A stretch of 64,000 bases of DNA from Lama guanicoe (taxonomy: Eukaryota): assembly GCA_013239625.1 (NCBI GenBank), contig MU054129.1, positions 375,238 through 439,237 on the forward strand, given 5' to 3'. Of the stretch, positions 63,286 to 64,000 are shown in pieces (position 1 is the first letter of the stretch; the number at the start of each line of letters is the position of its first letter). Under the pieces are notes generated by a model that had not been told where the DNA came from, searched no databases, and was given only the letters and a program-made list of their open reading frames with translations. Position numbers and translations under genes: made by a program.

Positions 63286-63435
63286 GGGGACAGGGTGTAG
63301 CTCAGTGGTAGAGTGTGCTAAGCATGCACGATGTCCTGGGTTCAATCCCCAGTAACTCCATCTAAAAACAAAGTAAATAATTACTCTCTCCTTGGCTAAG
63401 TAAATAAATAAATAATTTTTTAATTAAAAAAAGAG
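63286..63435 (+). mobile_element. Vic-1-type SINE inside the Tigger1-like element
   Basis: ggggacagggtgtagctcagtggtagagtgtgctaagcatgcacgatgtcctgggttcaatcccc plus A-rich tail. Confidence 0.9.
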
Positions 63436-63454
63436 AAAAGGGTGAAAAAATTAA

Positions 63455-63640
63455 GGGAGGAAGGTACAGCTCAAATGATAAAGTGTGTGCTTAGCATGCA
63501 CGAGGTCCTGGGTTCAATCCCCAGTACTGCCATTACAAATAAATAGATAGGTAGATAAACAAATAAGTAGATAAAGAAGTAAATCCAAGCCCCCAAAGCA
63601 AAAACAAAAATAATATAAGGGGAAAAAAAACTAAAAAAAG
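63455..63640 (+). mobile_element. Second Vic-1-type SINE, directly after the first
   Basis: gggaggaaggtacagctcaaatgataaagtgtgtgcttagcatgcacgaggtcctgggttcaatccccagtac plus A-rich tail. Confidence 0.88.
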
Positions 63641-63990
63641 TTTTTAAATTTAAACTATTCTAAGAATGACCACGATGTGACACAGAGGCGGGAAGTGAGC
63701 AGATGCTGTTGGGGAAATGGCGCCTGTAGACTTGCTCGATGCGGGGTCGCCACAAACTTCAATGTGCAAAACACACAGTGTCTGCAAAGCACAGTAACAT
63801 GAGCTCTGCACAGGGCTGACAGAGACAGCTGCCCAGATGGTGCTGGGGTCAGGAGACAGGTGGCCATGCCCATGTGGGCACGGTGGCCGTATCAGAGAAT
63901 GCTCCCGCCTGGGACCCCAGGCGGCACCCTGGGGCATCTCCTGCCCCTCCAGCCTCCCCCAAACCCCTGACTCACCCCCCACCACCACAG

Positions 63991-64000
63991 GCATCCTGGA
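63991..64000 (+). pseudogene. CYFIP1: Start of the next CYFIP1-derived exon (approx. human exon 26), runs off the window
   Basis: ctgac branch-like motif, C-rich tract and ccacag|GCATCCTGGA = (G)ILE, the residues expected after YGSP in CYFIP1. Only 10 nt visible. Confidence 0.7.

Larger units (their letters stand above)
62988..63810 (-). mobile_element. Internally deleted Tigger1-like DNA transposon
   Basis: caggcaaacctgggagacatggcgggtttggctccagatcaccgc...aagttatgtttacact...; after the SINEs, tgtgacacagag...agtgagcagatgctgttgg...gacttgctcgatgcgggg. Confidence 0.8.

Noticed and set aside
18547..63640. tRNA-like A/B-box sequences
   Set aside because: They have A-rich tails and in some cases TSDs, and lack a full cloverleaf: SINEs, not tRNA genes.
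290..64000. Long ORFs in the supplied track (e.g. 290-820, 905-1429, 3824-4369, 32346-32906, 53307-53870, 61238-61849)
   Set aside because: Overlapping, low-complexity Pro/Gly/Ala/Arg-rich translations expected from GC-rich or repetitive DNA; no recognisable domains apart from the pseudo-exon and L1 pieces listed.

Overview
Mammalian genomic DNA, almost certainly camelid: it carries six tRNA-derived Vic-1-type SINEs plus artiodactyl-type L1 3' ends. I find no intact protein-coding gene; the ORF track is essentially noise. The window is a mosaic of non-processed (intron-containing) fragments of three genes that are unlinked in human. (i) EPHB1 juxtamembrane and kinase N-lobe exons (minus; 14436-14558, 2942-3189), disabled. 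(ii) Two LAMA2 exons from the start of the coiled-coil arm (minus; 28446-28588, 24972-25070), still open with canonical splice sites. (iii) CYFIP1 exons (plus; 53701-53844, 60943-61084, 61297-61385, and a fourth starting at 63991), frameshifted and showing a strong A/T-to-G/C substitution bias suggestive of GC-biased gene conversion. Between these lie a ~170-bp degenerate GC-rich tandem array with an internal inversion (30.9-32.9 kb), an unidentified AT-rich block (34-52.5 kb), two orphan CpG-rich patches, a 216-N gap and many L1, L2, MIR, LTR and DNA-transposon relics. This looks like a segmental-duplication acceptor region (pericentromeric or subtelomeric type). Gene identities, exon sizes and repeat family names come from recalled human sequences and consensuses, not from a database search.
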